A DNA stretch of 58,737 nt, from contig JAHCIP010000003.1 of NCBI GenBank assembly GCA_026129165.1, positions 1 through 58,737 of the forward strand. Reading direction: 5' to 3'. This DNA is from Anaerolineae bacterium (GTDB lineage: Bacteria; Chloroflexota; Anaerolineae; Epilineales; JAHCIE01). A program made the position numbers and the translations under genes. This document shows positions 26,968 through 35,493 of the stretch, in pieces. The notes under the pieces are model-generated. The model saw only the letters and a list, made by a program, of their open reading frames with translations, was not told the DNA's origin and made no database searches. Every line of letters begins with the position of its first letter. The stretch's first letter is position 1.

Positions 26968-27957
26968 TTATGCGCGGACGTGGACCTGTTCGTGGCGTAG
27001 GGCCTCCAGGTCCGCTTCGACCATCAATTCAATCATCTGCTCGAAGGTCACGGTGGGCGTCCAGCCGAGTTGGCGGCGGGCCTTCGAGGCGTCGCCAATC
27101 AGCAGGTCTACCTCGGCGGGCCGCAGGTCGGCCGGGTTGACATACACATAGTCTTCCCAGTTCAGCCCCACGTAGCCAAAGGCCACCTCGCACAGCCGCC
27201 GAATCGAGTGCGTCTTGCCCGTCGCCACCACGTAGTCGTCGGGTTGGTCCTGCTGGAGCATGAGCCACATGGCCTTGACATAGTCGGGCGCGTAGCCCCA
27301 ATCGCGCTGCGAGTCCAGGTTGCCCAGCGGCACGCGGTCGGCCAGGCCGAGCTTGATTTTGGCGACGTGGTAGGTGACTTTATGCGTCACAAACTCCAGC
27401 CCGCGCCGAGGGCTTTCGTGGTTGAACAGAATGCCGGAGCAGGCGAACAGGTTATAGCTCTCGCGGTAGTTGACGGTAATCCAGTGGCCGTAGACTTTGG
27501 CGACGCCATACGGGCTGCGTGGGTAAAAGGTGGTCTTTTCAGTCTGCGGCACTTCCTGGACCTTGCCGAACATCTCTGACGAGCTGGCCTGGTAGAAGCG
27601 GATTTCCGGGTCCACCATGCGAATCGCGTCGAGGATGCGCGTCACCCCCAAGGCCGTCACTTCGCCGGTCAGCACCGGCTGCGCCCACGACGTCGGCACG
27701 AAACTCTGCGCCGCCAGGTTGTAGACTTCGCTGGGGCGATGCTCGCGCAGTATCGCCATCAGCGACACCTCGTCCATCAGGTCGCCAGGGACGAGCTTCA
27801 CCCGTTCCTGTATGTGACGGATGCGGTCAAAGTTGACGGTGCTAGTGCGGCGCACCATCCCGATGACGTCGTAGCCCTGGTCCAGCAAGAACTCGGCCAG
27901 ATAGGAGCCGTCCTGGCCGGTGATGCCGGTGACAAGAGCGCACTTGCGCTTAGACAC
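26968..27957 (-). CDS. gmd: GDP-mannose 4,6-dehydratase
   Basis: Reads [25 protein letters not shown]...ASSSEMFG...SPYGVAKVY...[12 protein letters not shown] prefer the GTG start at 27957; the longer track ORF runs into the repeat. Confidence 0.9.
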   Translation of the reverse strand: MSKRKCALVTGITGQDGSYLAEFLLDQGYDVIGMVRRTSTVNFDRIRHIQERVKLVPGDLMDEVSLMAILREHRPSEVYNLAAQSFVPTSWAQPVLTGEVTALGVTRILDAIRMVDPEIRFYQASSSEMFGKVQEVPQTEKTTFYPRSPYGVAKVYGHWITVNYRESYNLFACSGILFNHESPRRGLEFVTHKVTYHVAKIKLGLADRVPLGNLDSQRDWGYAPDYVKAMWLMLQQDQPDDYVVATGKTHSIRRLCEVAFGYVGLNWEDYVYVNPADLRPAEVDLLIGDASKARRQLGWTPTVTFEQMIELMVEADLEALRHEQVHVRA

Positions 27958-27981
27958 GGTGATTGTTCCTTCCTCATGTAT

Positions 27982-28047
27982 AATGCGTGATGCGTAGTGC
28001 ATATTTCGTATTTCAGTAAGGAGATACGAAATACGCACTACGCATTA
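27982..28047. repeat. heptamer-periodic palindromic hairpin (cgtNNtN / NacNacg arms)
   Basis: aatgcgtgatgcgtagtgcatatttcgtatttc pairs with gatacgaaatacgcactacgcatt. It lies between the rmd-like stop and the gmd start. Confidence 0.55.
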
Positions 28048-29019
28048 GGACTGTTTAACTCGCCTCCGCCAATCATCCAGAATGTCGCGCACGGTCTGCT
28101 CGAAGGGTATCAGCGGTTCCCAGCCCGTCGCCGCGCGCAGCCGCGAGGGATCGCAGACCGTGACCGTCACCTCGGCCGGGCGGAAGAGTTGGGGATCCAC
28201 TTCGACATGAATCGGAACCCGGCTCAGGCCGAGCAGCAGGTCCAGCAGGGACTGGACGGGCCGCGCGGTCCCGGTGCCGATATTGTAGACTTCGCCCGGC
28301 GTCCCATGCTCCAGCAGGAGCCAGTAGGCGCGGACGACATCGCGGACATCGGTGTAGTCGCGGGCGACGGCCAGGTTGCCGACGCGCAGGACCGGCTCGC
28401 GCCGCCCGGCCTCGATCTCGGCAATCTGCCTGGCCCAACTGGCCGCCACGTAGTCGGGTTTCTGACGCGGGCCAATGTGGGGGAAGGGACGCACTCGAAT
28501 GGCCTGGACCTGGTGGCTGAGGAAGTACTGCAAGCCGAGCATGTCCTGGGCGATCTTGCTGACGGCATAGGGGCTGATGGGGCGGAGGGGCGTGTCCTCG
28601 TCCACCGGCATGTCTTCGGGGCGGACGATGCCGTACTCCGTCTCGGACCCAACGACCAGGATGCGGGTCGAGGCGCGGCGCTCAGCCAGAGCGGCCAGCA
28701 GGTTGACCTGGGCGTGAATGTTGGTCTCCAGCGTGGCCCACGGGTCGCGCCACGACACCGGCACATACGCCTGGGCGGCCAGGTGGAAGATGAGGTCGGG
28801 CGCGACGGTGTCCAGAATCTCGCGCACGGTCCCTGGCTCGCGCAGGTCGCCCTCGATTGGCTGCACCTCGGCGGGTAGACCAGGCGCGGCCTGGCGCGCG
28901 ACGCCCCAGACCTGGCACGCGGCTTGATGGAGGATATAGTCGGCCAGATGGCTGCCCGCGAACCCGGAGACGCCGGTAATCAGGACACGCACGGGGTTTC
29001 CCCTTTCTCCAGCCGACAA
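28045..29019 (-). CDS. GDP-4-dehydro-6-deoxy-D-mannose reductase-like SDR (Rmd-like)
   Basis: Contains ITGVSGFAGSHL (Rossmann fold) and SPYAVSK (YxxxK). It is collinear with my memory of Pseudomonas Rmd and adjacent to gmd. Confidence 0.65.
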   Translation of the reverse strand: MSAGERGNPVRVLITGVSGFAGSHLADYILHQAACQVWGVARQAAPGLPAEVQPIEGDLREPGTVREILDTVAPDLIFHLAAQAYVPVSWRDPWATLETNIHAQVNLLAALAERRASTRILVVGSETEYGIVRPEDMPVDEDTPLRPISPYAVSKIAQDMLGLQYFLSHQVQAIRVRPFPHIGPRQKPDYVAASWARQIAEIEAGRREPVLRVGNLAVARDYTDVRDVVRAYWLLLEHGTPGEVYNIGTGTARPVQSLLDLLLGLSRVPIHVEVDPQLFRPAEVTVTVCDPSRLRAATGWEPLIPFEQTVRDILDDWRRRVKQS

Positions 29020-29080
29020 TCATACTCGGAGACAGGGGTAAACGCAAACAATTACTCTCCAATTGATCCAATCCTCCCTC

Positions 29081-29109
29081 TTGACACTTCGCCGGGATTA
29101 GGCTACTAT
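29081..29109 (+). promoter_or_regulatory. candidate sigma70 promoter for the UDG gene
   Basis: TTGACA (29081-29086), a 17-nt spacer, then TACTAT (29104-29109), about 40 nt upstream of the ATG at 29148. Confidence 0.45.
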
Positions 29110-29147
29110 GCAAGGGGCGAAAGAAACCCCAGGAAGAGACGCCCGCT

Positions 29148-29789
29148 ATGACGATTGACACTGCACCTCAGGACCGCCAGGCCCAGTTAGACCAACTGCG
29201 CGCCGAGATTCAGGCGTGTACGCGCTGTATGCTCCACCAGACTCGCACCCAGGCCGTGCCGGGCGAGGGACCGTTCGACGCGAAGATTATGCTCGTCGGC
29301 GAAGCGCCGGGTTATAATGAAGACAAGCAGGGGAAGCCCTTCGTCGGCGCGTCGGGCAAGTGGCTCACCGAACTGCTGGCCCTCGGCGGCCTCCAACGCG
29401 ACGAGGTGTTCATCACCAACATCGTCAAGTCACGGCCGCCCGACAACCGCGACCCGCTGCCCGAAGAAATCACCGCCTGCGAGGTCTGGCTGGAGCGTCA
29501 ACTGGCGATCATCCAGCCCAGGCTGATCATCACGCTGGGCCGGCACAGCATGGGCTGGTTCTGCGGCCCCGGCCTCAAGATCACCCAGGTCCACGGCCGG
29601 GCGCGCCGCGCCAGGGGCTACGTCGTCCTGACCATGTTCCACCCGGCCGCCGGCCTGCACAACCAGAGCTTGAAGGCCACCATCGAGGAGGACTTCAGCC
29701 GCATCCCGCGCCTGCTGGAAGTCCTCGCGCAGCAAGAAGCGGCGGCTAAGAAGGGCGAGCCGCCCGGTGAGCAGTTGAGTCTATTGTAA
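29148..29789 (+). CDS. uracil-DNA glycosylase, family 4
   Basis: Contains CTRCMLH...VPGEG...IMLVGEAPGYNEDKQGKPFVGASG and HPAA. Confidence 0.85.
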   Translation: MTIDTAPQDRQAQLDQLRAEIQACTRCMLHQTRTQAVPGEGPFDAKIMLVGEAPGYNEDKQGKPFVGASGKWLTELLALGGLQRDEVFITNIVKSRPPDNRDPLPEEITACEVWLERQLAIIQPRLIITLGRHSMGWFCGPGLKITQVHGRARRARGYVVLTMFHPAAGLHNQSLKATIEEDFSRIPRLLEVLAQQEAAAKKGEPPGEQLSLL

Positions 29790-29818
29790 GATAGGGTAAT
29801 GGTGTAGCGGCGCGGCAT

Positions 29819-29883
29819 AGGGGCAACCCCCGTGGTTGCCTCCATCCTCAGGCGCAGGGCAGGCACGAGGGCCTGCCCCTACC
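29819..29883. repeat. double-hairpin repeat (GGGG-stem-CCCCGTG-stem ... gcccctac)
   Basis: The element reads aggggcaacccccgtggttgcc ... gggcaggcacgagggcctgcccctacc. A homologous copy lies at 56931-56983. Confidence 0.55.
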
Positions 29884-29913
29884 AACTCTGTCACGGATGA
29901 AAGGCAACCCAGT

Positions 29914-30120
29914 GTGAAGTACAAAGTGGCCCTCTACCCGTCCGAGGAAGGCTTTGCCGTCTCTTGCCCGGCTCTGCCTGGCTGCTGGTCACAAGGGGAC
30001 TCCGAAGAGGAGGCCCTCGCCAACATCCAGGATGCCATCCAGGACTACTTGGCGGCGATTGAGGATCTATTGAAAAGCGACCAGGCCGCCCAGGTTCGAG
30101 AGGTCGAGATTGCAGCCTAG
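29914..30120 (+). CDS. hicB: HicB-family antitoxin (UPF0150)
   Basis: Reads VKYKVALYPSEEGFAVSCPALPGCWSQGDSEEEALANIQDAI. I chose the GTG start because the upstream part of the track ORF is the repeat element. Confidence 0.75.
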   Translation: MKYKVALYPSEEGFAVSCPALPGCWSQGDSEEEALANIQDAIQDYLAAIEDLLKSDQAAQVREVEIAA

Positions 30121-30122
30121 TT

Positions 30123-30335
30123 ATGCCGTCGCTTCCAGGCATTAATCACCTAAGGGCGGTCGCCGCCTTAGAGAAGGCTGGCTTTACGGTTATTCGCCAG
30201 GGCAAGCACATTGTCATGTCCAATGGTGTTCGTATCGTCACCATACCTCGCCACAATCCTGTGAATGCCATCACGATGGGAGGTATCGTTCGAGATGCCG
30301 GCTTGACAATCGAAGAATTTCGCAAGCTACTCTAG
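30123..30335 (+). CDS. hicA: HicA-family mRNA interferase toxin
   Basis: 70 aa, reading LRAVAALEKAGFTVIRQGKHIVMSNG..VTIPRHNPVNAITMGGIVRDAGL. Confidence 0.8.
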   Translation: MPSLPGINHLRAVAALEKAGFTVIRQGKHIVMSNGVRIVTIPRHNPVNAITMGGIVRDAGLTIEEFRKLL

Positions 30336-31699
30336 TGAGAGGCATGACAAACACGGCTCCCCACCTCGCGCCCGTCTATCAAGAGATTGATGACGGCGTC
30401 CCCTACGACTATGACAACGTCCCGAAGTTGCGGCATGTCGTCAACTTTGGGACGAACATCGAGCACCCCATTCACGGCTGGTACTACTTCAAGGAAGGCT
30501 TCGCGCCTGGCATCGTCCACTGGGCTTTACAGCGCTTCCTGCTGGCCGACTGGCCGGACCACCTGCACCGTCGCGGGGCGCGGCTGGGCCAGCGCCCAGC
30601 CGACGACCACGGGCCGCTGATACTCGACCCCTTCGCCGGCTCCGGCACGACGCCGCTGACCTGCCAACTGGCCGGGCTGGACGGCCGAGGCGTCGAGTAC
30701 AACCCCTTCTTCGCCTTCCTGGGGCGCGCCAAGCTGGCCTGGCCGGGCTACGACGCCGCTCGGCTGGCTCGCCTCATCCCGGACCTCCTGGCTGAGGGCG
30801 GCGAGCCGAGCATCGCCCCGCCGGCCCTATCCTCGTTCCGCCGCCTGTTCGCCGCCGACGCCCTGGCCGACCTGCTCTTGATAAAGGAGCGCATCGCCCA
30901 GGTGGAGCATCCCCTGGACCGCCAGTTCCTCCAGATTGGCCTCGCCTCGGTGGTGGAGCGCGTCAGCCTGGCGCGCAAGGACGGCAAGGGGCTGAAGGTC
31001 GTCCGGCGGCCCTTTGTGCCTGCCCCGGTCCGCGAGGCGCTGGGCCACCAGTGGGGTCGCATGGCGCGCGACCTGCATGAAATGGCCGGACGGCGCGACG
31101 TGGCCTTCCAAAGTGATGTGGTCATCGAGCAGGGCGACGCGCGGCGGCTGGAGGGGCTGGCCGCCGCCAGCGTGGACCTGGTGGTGTACTCGCCGCCCTA
31201 CCTGAACTCCTTTGACTACGCCGAGGTCTACAAGCTCGAAATGTGGCTGCTGGACTTCGTCCAGACCCACGACCAGTTCCGCCAACTGCGCGGCGCGTCG
31301 TTGCGCTCCCATGTCAGCACGCCCATCACCGCCACCGACCGCCTGGACTACCCGCCCCTCGAGGCGCTGGTCGAGGTGATTGACGGCGCGCGGTTGTGGA
31401 ATACGCGCATTCCGGCTATGATTCGGGCCTACTTCGATGATATGCTGCTGGTGCTGGCCGAGCAGGCGCGCGTCCTCAAGCCGGGCGCGTGCCTGGTGTG
31501 CGTCGTCGCCAACTCGGCCTACGCCGGCGTCCCCATCCCGACGGACGCGCTCATCGCCCGCATCGGCGAGCGCGTCGGGTTGAGCATCGAGGGCATCTTT
31601 ATCGCCCGCCGCATGAACACCAGCGCCCAGCAGTTGGCGAAGTGGGGTGGGGATAGAGGGTATTTGCGGGAAAGCGCGGTGGTGCTGCGGAAGAGCTAA
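30335..31699 (+). CDS. DNA methyltransferase (N6-A or N4-C), motif I before motif IV
   Basis: The AdoMet motif LILDPFAGSGTT lies near residue 95 and the catalytic SPPY (VVYSPPYLNSFDY) near residue 287. The start overlaps the hicA stop. Confidence 0.75.
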   Translation: MRGMTNTAPHLAPVYQEIDDGVPYDYDNVPKLRHVVNFGTNIEHPIHGWYYFKEGFAPGIVHWALQRFLLADWPDHLHRRGARLGQRPADDHGPLILDPFAGSGTTPLTCQLAGLDGRGVEYNPFFAFLGRAKLAWPGYDAARLARLIPDLLAEGGEPSIAPPALSSFRRLFAADALADLLLIKERIAQVEHPLDRQFLQIGLASVVERVSLARKDGKGLKVVRRPFVPAPVREALGHQWGRMARDLHEMAGRRDVAFQSDVVIEQGDARRLEGLAAASVDLVVYSPPYLNSFDYAEVYKLEMWLLDFVQTHDQFRQLRGASLRSHVSTPITATDRLDYPPLEALVEVIDGARLWNTRIPAMIRAYFDDMLLVLAEQARVLKPGACLVCVVANSAYAGVPIPTDALIARIGERVGLSIEGIFIARRMNTSAQQLAKWGGDRGYLRESAVVLRKS

Positions 31700-31701
31700 C
31701 T

Positions 31702-32181
31702 ATGCCCATCACGTTCTATGGCGTCCAGGACAAGCCCTACGGCTGCTTCTCCAACTTCTCGCCCCACGGCTTCAAGCTGGACGGGGCCTGGTGGCCGACG
31801 GTGGAACACTACTTCCAGGCCCAGAAGTTCCACGGCACGCACCACGTGGACATCATCCGCAAGCTGGCGACGCCGGCCGACGCCAAGCGCCTGGGCCGCC
31901 AGCGCCGCCGACCCCTGCGCCCGGACTGGGAGGGGGTGAAGGACGACGTGATGCGCCGCGCCGTGTTGCGTAAGTTCGAAACCCACGCCGACCTACGCGC
32001 CATCCTGCTGGTGACAGGCGACGAAGAGATTATCGAGACCTCACCCTCGGATTACTACTGGGGCTGCGGCAAGACCGGCACGGGCAAGAACCGCCTGGGC
32101 CAGATACTCATGGAAGTGCGCGCCATCCTGCGGGAGCAGACGCGGCGCGACCCCCAGGAAAACATGGCATCTTCTGTATGA
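31702..32181 (+). CDS. NADAR (YbiA/DUF1768) family protein
   Basis: Reads FSNFSPHGFKLDGAWWPTVEHYFQAQKF...YWGCGKTGTGKNRLGQILMEVR, collinear with my memory of E. coli YbiA. Confidence 0.85.
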   Translation: MPITFYGVQDKPYGCFSNFSPHGFKLDGAWWPTVEHYFQAQKFHGTHHVDIIRKLATPADAKRLGRQRRRPLRPDWEGVKDDVMRRAVLRKFETHADLRAILLVTGDEEIIETSPSDYYWGCGKTGTGKNRLGQILMEVRAILREQTRRDPQENMASSV

Positions 32182-33836
32182 GCCACCTACGTATCATCCC
32201 CCTCGGCGGCATGGGGGAAATTGGCCGCAACATGACCGCCCTTGAGTACGAGGGGAGCATCATTGCCATTGACTGCGGCTGGATGTTCCCCGAACGCGAC
32301 CAACTGGGCATTGACGGCTCCATCCCCGACTTCACCTATCTCCGCGACCACGCCGATGGCGTCCTGGCCCTTCTCGTCACCCACGGCCACGAGGACCACA
32401 TCGGCGCTATCCCCTACCTGCTGCGCGACCTGAACATCCCCATTTTCGCCACGCCCCTAACACGTGGCCTGATTGAGGTCAAGCTCAAGGAGCACAAGCT
32501 GCTGGCCTCGGCCGACCTGCGCACTATCCCCCAGACGGCCCGCCTGAGCCTGGGGCCGTTCCAGGTCGAAGCCTTCCCCGTCAGCCACTCCATCCCCGAC
32601 GCCGTCGGCTACGCCGTCACGACGCCAGCCGGCCTCGTCGTCCACACCGGCGAGTACAAGTTCGACTTCACGCCGACCGGCGACCGCCGCACCGACGTCC
32701 AGAAGCTGGCCGAGTTCGGGGCGCGGGGCGTGCTGGCCCTGCTCTCGGACAGCACCAACGCCGAACGGTCGGGGCTGACGCCCTCCGAAGAGGCCGTGGT
32801 TGATACCTTCGACCGCATCTTCGCCAGCGCGCCAGGCCGCGTCATCGTCGCCACCTTTGCCTCCAACATCTCCCGTGTCCAGCAGGTGGTAGACGTGGCC
32901 TATCGGCATGGCCGCGAGGTCGGCGTGGTCGGACGGAGCATGCAGGACAACACCAGCATGGCCCTCGACCTGGGCTACCTGACCGTGCCGCAGGGCCGCC
33001 TGTTGCGTATCAACGAACTGGACAAGCTGGACGACGCCGAGGTCGCCATTGTCTGTACCGGCTCGCAGGGCGAGCCAACATCGGCCTTGACGCGCATGGC
33101 GAACAACGAGCACGCCCAGGTCAAGATTCGGTCGGGCGACACCGTGATCCTGTCGGCGACGCCCATCCCCGGCAACGAGGAACTGGTCTACCGCACCATC
33201 AACAACCTGTTCCGCCTGGGCGCGTCGGTCTACTACCAGTCCGCGCCGCTGCCGGGCAACGGAGGTCTGGTCCACGTCTCCGGCCACGCCGCGCGCGAAG
33301 AGCAGAAGCTGATGATTAGCCTGGTCCGCCCGCGCTACTTCGTCCCTATTCAGGGCGAGTACCGCCACCTGGTGCTACACGCCGAACTCGGCGCGTCGCT
33401 AGGCATCCCGCGCGAGAATATCTTTATCCTGGACAACGGCGACGTGCTGGCGATGGACGAGACCAACGCGGCGGTGGTGGAGGAGGTCCAGGCCGACACC
33501 GTCTTTGTGGACGGCCTGGGCATCGGTGACATTGGCCAGGTCGTGCTGCGCGACCGCCACCACCTGGCGCAGGATGGCTTCCTGGTGGCCATTGTCGCGC
33601 TCAGCCAGGCGGGTGAGTTGCTGGAAGCGCAACTGGTGTCGCGCGGCTTCGTCTACGCCCCGGACAGCGAGGCGCTGCTGGAGGAGGCCCGCCAGGCGCT
33701 CGTCACGGCCATGAGCGAGCACGCCCACCGCGTGCCCGAAGGTGTGGAAGACCTGGTCAAGACCACGCTGGGCAGCCTGCTCCACAGTCGGACGCGACGG
33801 CGACCGATGATTCTACCGGTGGTGATGAGAGTATAA
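32178..33836 (+). CDS. rnj: ribonuclease J
   Basis: Reads LRIIPLGGMGEIGRNMTALEY...VTHGHEDHIGAIPYLL, with a beta-CASP part. 552 aa. Confidence 0.9.
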   Translation: MSHLRIIPLGGMGEIGRNMTALEYEGSIIAIDCGWMFPERDQLGIDGSIPDFTYLRDHADGVLALLVTHGHEDHIGAIPYLLRDLNIPIFATPLTRGLIEVKLKEHKLLASADLRTIPQTARLSLGPFQVEAFPVSHSIPDAVGYAVTTPAGLVVHTGEYKFDFTPTGDRRTDVQKLAEFGARGVLALLSDSTNAERSGLTPSEEAVVDTFDRIFASAPGRVIVATFASNISRVQQVVDVAYRHGREVGVVGRSMQDNTSMALDLGYLTVPQGRLLRINELDKLDDAEVAIVCTGSQGEPTSALTRMANNEHAQVKIRSGDTVILSATPIPGNEELVYRTINNLFRLGASVYYQSAPLPGNGGLVHVSGHAAREEQKLMISLVRPRYFVPIQGEYRHLVLHAELGASLGIPRENIFILDNGDVLAMDETNAAVVEEVQADTVFVDGLGIGDIGQVVLRDRHHLAQDGFLVAIVALSQAGELLEAQLVSRGFVYAPDSEALLEEARQALVTAMSEHAHRVPEGVEDLVKTTLGSLLHSRTRRRPMILPVVMRV

Positions 33837-33884
33837 GAGGGAAGAGAGTGGAAGACGTGGGAAGGCGTAGGAAGGTAGGGGTGG

Positions 33885-34220
33885 GTGGATAACGTATTTT
33901 TCTTTACCACGCTCAACATCTGGGCGGTGCTGATGGCGTTTTTTGTGACGCTGTCGGCCGGGCGCGGCTTCCTCAAGGCGCTCGGCCTGCTCGCGCTGCT
34001 GTGCGCCCTGGGCGCGACGGTCGCCCCATTTGTCGGCGGCGCCCTCGGCGCGGCTCTGCCATTAGTCCTCATTGGCCTCAAGGGCGTCGCCCTGGTCTGC
34101 GGCCTGCTCATCCTGGCCCTGACACGGAGCTACGATACGCGCATGATTGCCCTGCTGCTCAGCGCCGCCTCCGGCGTCATGCTGCTGCTCCAGGTCTGGA
34201 CCCCACGCCTGCTGCGGTAG
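33885..34220 (+). CDS. small integral membrane protein
   Basis: 111 aa with 3-4 hydrophobic helices. Confidence 0.5.
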   Translation: MDNVFFFTTLNIWAVLMAFFVTLSAGRGFLKALGLLALLCALGATVAPFVGGALGAALPLVLIGLKGVALVCGLLILALTRSYDTRMIALLLSAASGVMLLLQVWTPRLLR

Positions 34221-34221
34221 C

Positions 34222-35196
34222 CTAGACCGGGAAGTACTTGATCCACGGATAAATCGCGTAGGGAGTCTCGCGGAACCCCACCTTGCGGTAGAACTCGTTG
34301 CTGGATTGCATAAACGACCGCCGCGCGCCGTAGCGGGCCATGCGCCGGAAGCCCTCTTGCATGATGAGCCGTCCCAGCCCCAGGCCCTGGTACTCGAGAT
34401 GGGTTCCGACCGGCTCGAAGTTGGCGTAGGCGTTGGCTTCATCAAGCCAGATGGTGCAGAACGCCGCGTAGTCGCCGCTGGGGGCACGGATGACCAGGTC
34501 GAGGTCGGGCCGATAGTCGGGCGCCTGCTGCATCTCACGGAACGCCGAGGCGGGCGGCCAGTCCGAGGGCGCGTAGCCGCTGCCAAAGGCGAGCGCCTTG
34601 GCGATGCGGCGCTTGTCCACGTCGTCCTCGTCTGCGACACTGAGTAGGGTGAAGCCCTGGGGAAGCTGGGGCATAGGCGGCACGGCGGCCAGGGTGTATT
34701 CCAGGTAGCCCATACGACGGTCGAGGCGCCGGTAGCCCCGCGCCTGGACCACCCCTTCTAGCTCGCTGTCGGCGTTGACGTAGACCTTGAGGAAGCCGAG
34801 GCCGTCTACACGGTCGACCAAATGGGTTTCAGCGTAGGCCAGCATCTCGTCGTAAAGATGGGTGTACTGGGGGTGAATCTGGAACCAGGCTTCACCCGCC
34901 TCCTCGTTCTCGGTGTTGACCACGCCGACCACCTGCCCTGCCTCAGTCTCCCACAGGCCAATTGTGGCTTCCCAGGCCGGTAATTCATTCCGCCAGCTTC
35001 GATGGGGGCGCGTCGGGACGCCGAAGTAGCGCGTGTTGTAGTAGGTATGGACGGGAACCACGAAGTAGCGGCAGAAGTTCCAGTGGTCAATCAGCCAGTT
35101 GAACGGGCGCTGGTACAGGGCGAACGTCTCGACCAGGAAGTCGCGCACGCGCCCGTAGTCGTGGCTAGGGTCGTAGGCTCGGCGCCGCGTGAGCAT
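34222..35196 (-). CDS. GNAT family acetyltransferase (two-domain size)
   Basis: The C-terminal part has HLEYQGLGLGRLIMQEGFRRM...FYRKVGF. Confidence 0.65.
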   Translation of the reverse strand: MLTRRRAYDPSHDYGRVRDFLVETFALYQRPFNWLIDHWNFCRYFVVPVHTYYNTRYFGVPTRPHRSWRNELPAWEATIGLWETEAGQVVGVVNTENEEAGEAWFQIHPQYTHLYDEMLAYAETHLVDRVDGLGFLKVYVNADSELEGVVQARGYRRLDRRMGYLEYTLAAVPPMPQLPQGFTLLSVADEDDVDKRRIAKALAFGSGYAPSDWPPASAFREMQQAPDYRPDLDLVIRAPSGDYAAFCTIWLDEANAYANFEPVGTHLEYQGLGLGRLIMQEGFRRMARYGARRSFMQSSNEFYRKVGFRETPYAIYPWIKYFPV

Positions 35197-35230
35197 AACG
35201 GTGGCTCCTGTAGCTGGATGCCTTTCTTCC

Positions 35231-35464
35231 TTACGAAGCTAACTCTCTTACAGCGGGAAGGCCAATTGTTCCCTTCTTGTCGATACGAAGAACGCTCAAC
35301 ATTGCCATCCACTTCAAGTAGCGATGGAGGACCTTCGCGTCTCGTTCGATAAAGGATTGAGAGTGGCCTGACCTGGTATATTCTTCGACAAGCATATTAA
35401 CATCTTCTGTTGTCAAGCTATGGCTTGGTCGGATAATCAGTTGAATCAAGATTTCGTTTAGCAC
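35231..35464 (-). CDS. hypothetical; possibly the 3' remnant of the gene split by the IS
   Basis: A lower-GC 77-codon ORF that abuts the IS982 left end. The frame remains open up to the IS boundary. Confidence 0.3.
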   Translation of the reverse strand: MLNEILIQLIIRPSHSLTTEDVNMLVEEYTRSGHSQSFIERDAKVLHRYLKWMAMLSVLRIDKKGTIGLPAVRELAS

Positions 35465-35493
35465 AGGGAAGGCGAATAGGCGGCGTATTATTC

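Noticed and set aside
29836-29913. N-terminal extension of HicB (MPPSSGAGQARGPAPTNSVTDERQPS), and likewise the extensions of gcvPB (56955-57011), gmd (27958-28038) and ORF 5133-5243.
   Set aside because: These segments are translations of the intergenic hairpin or heptamer repeat elements. Internal GTG/ATG starts with Shine-Dalgarno sequences fit better.
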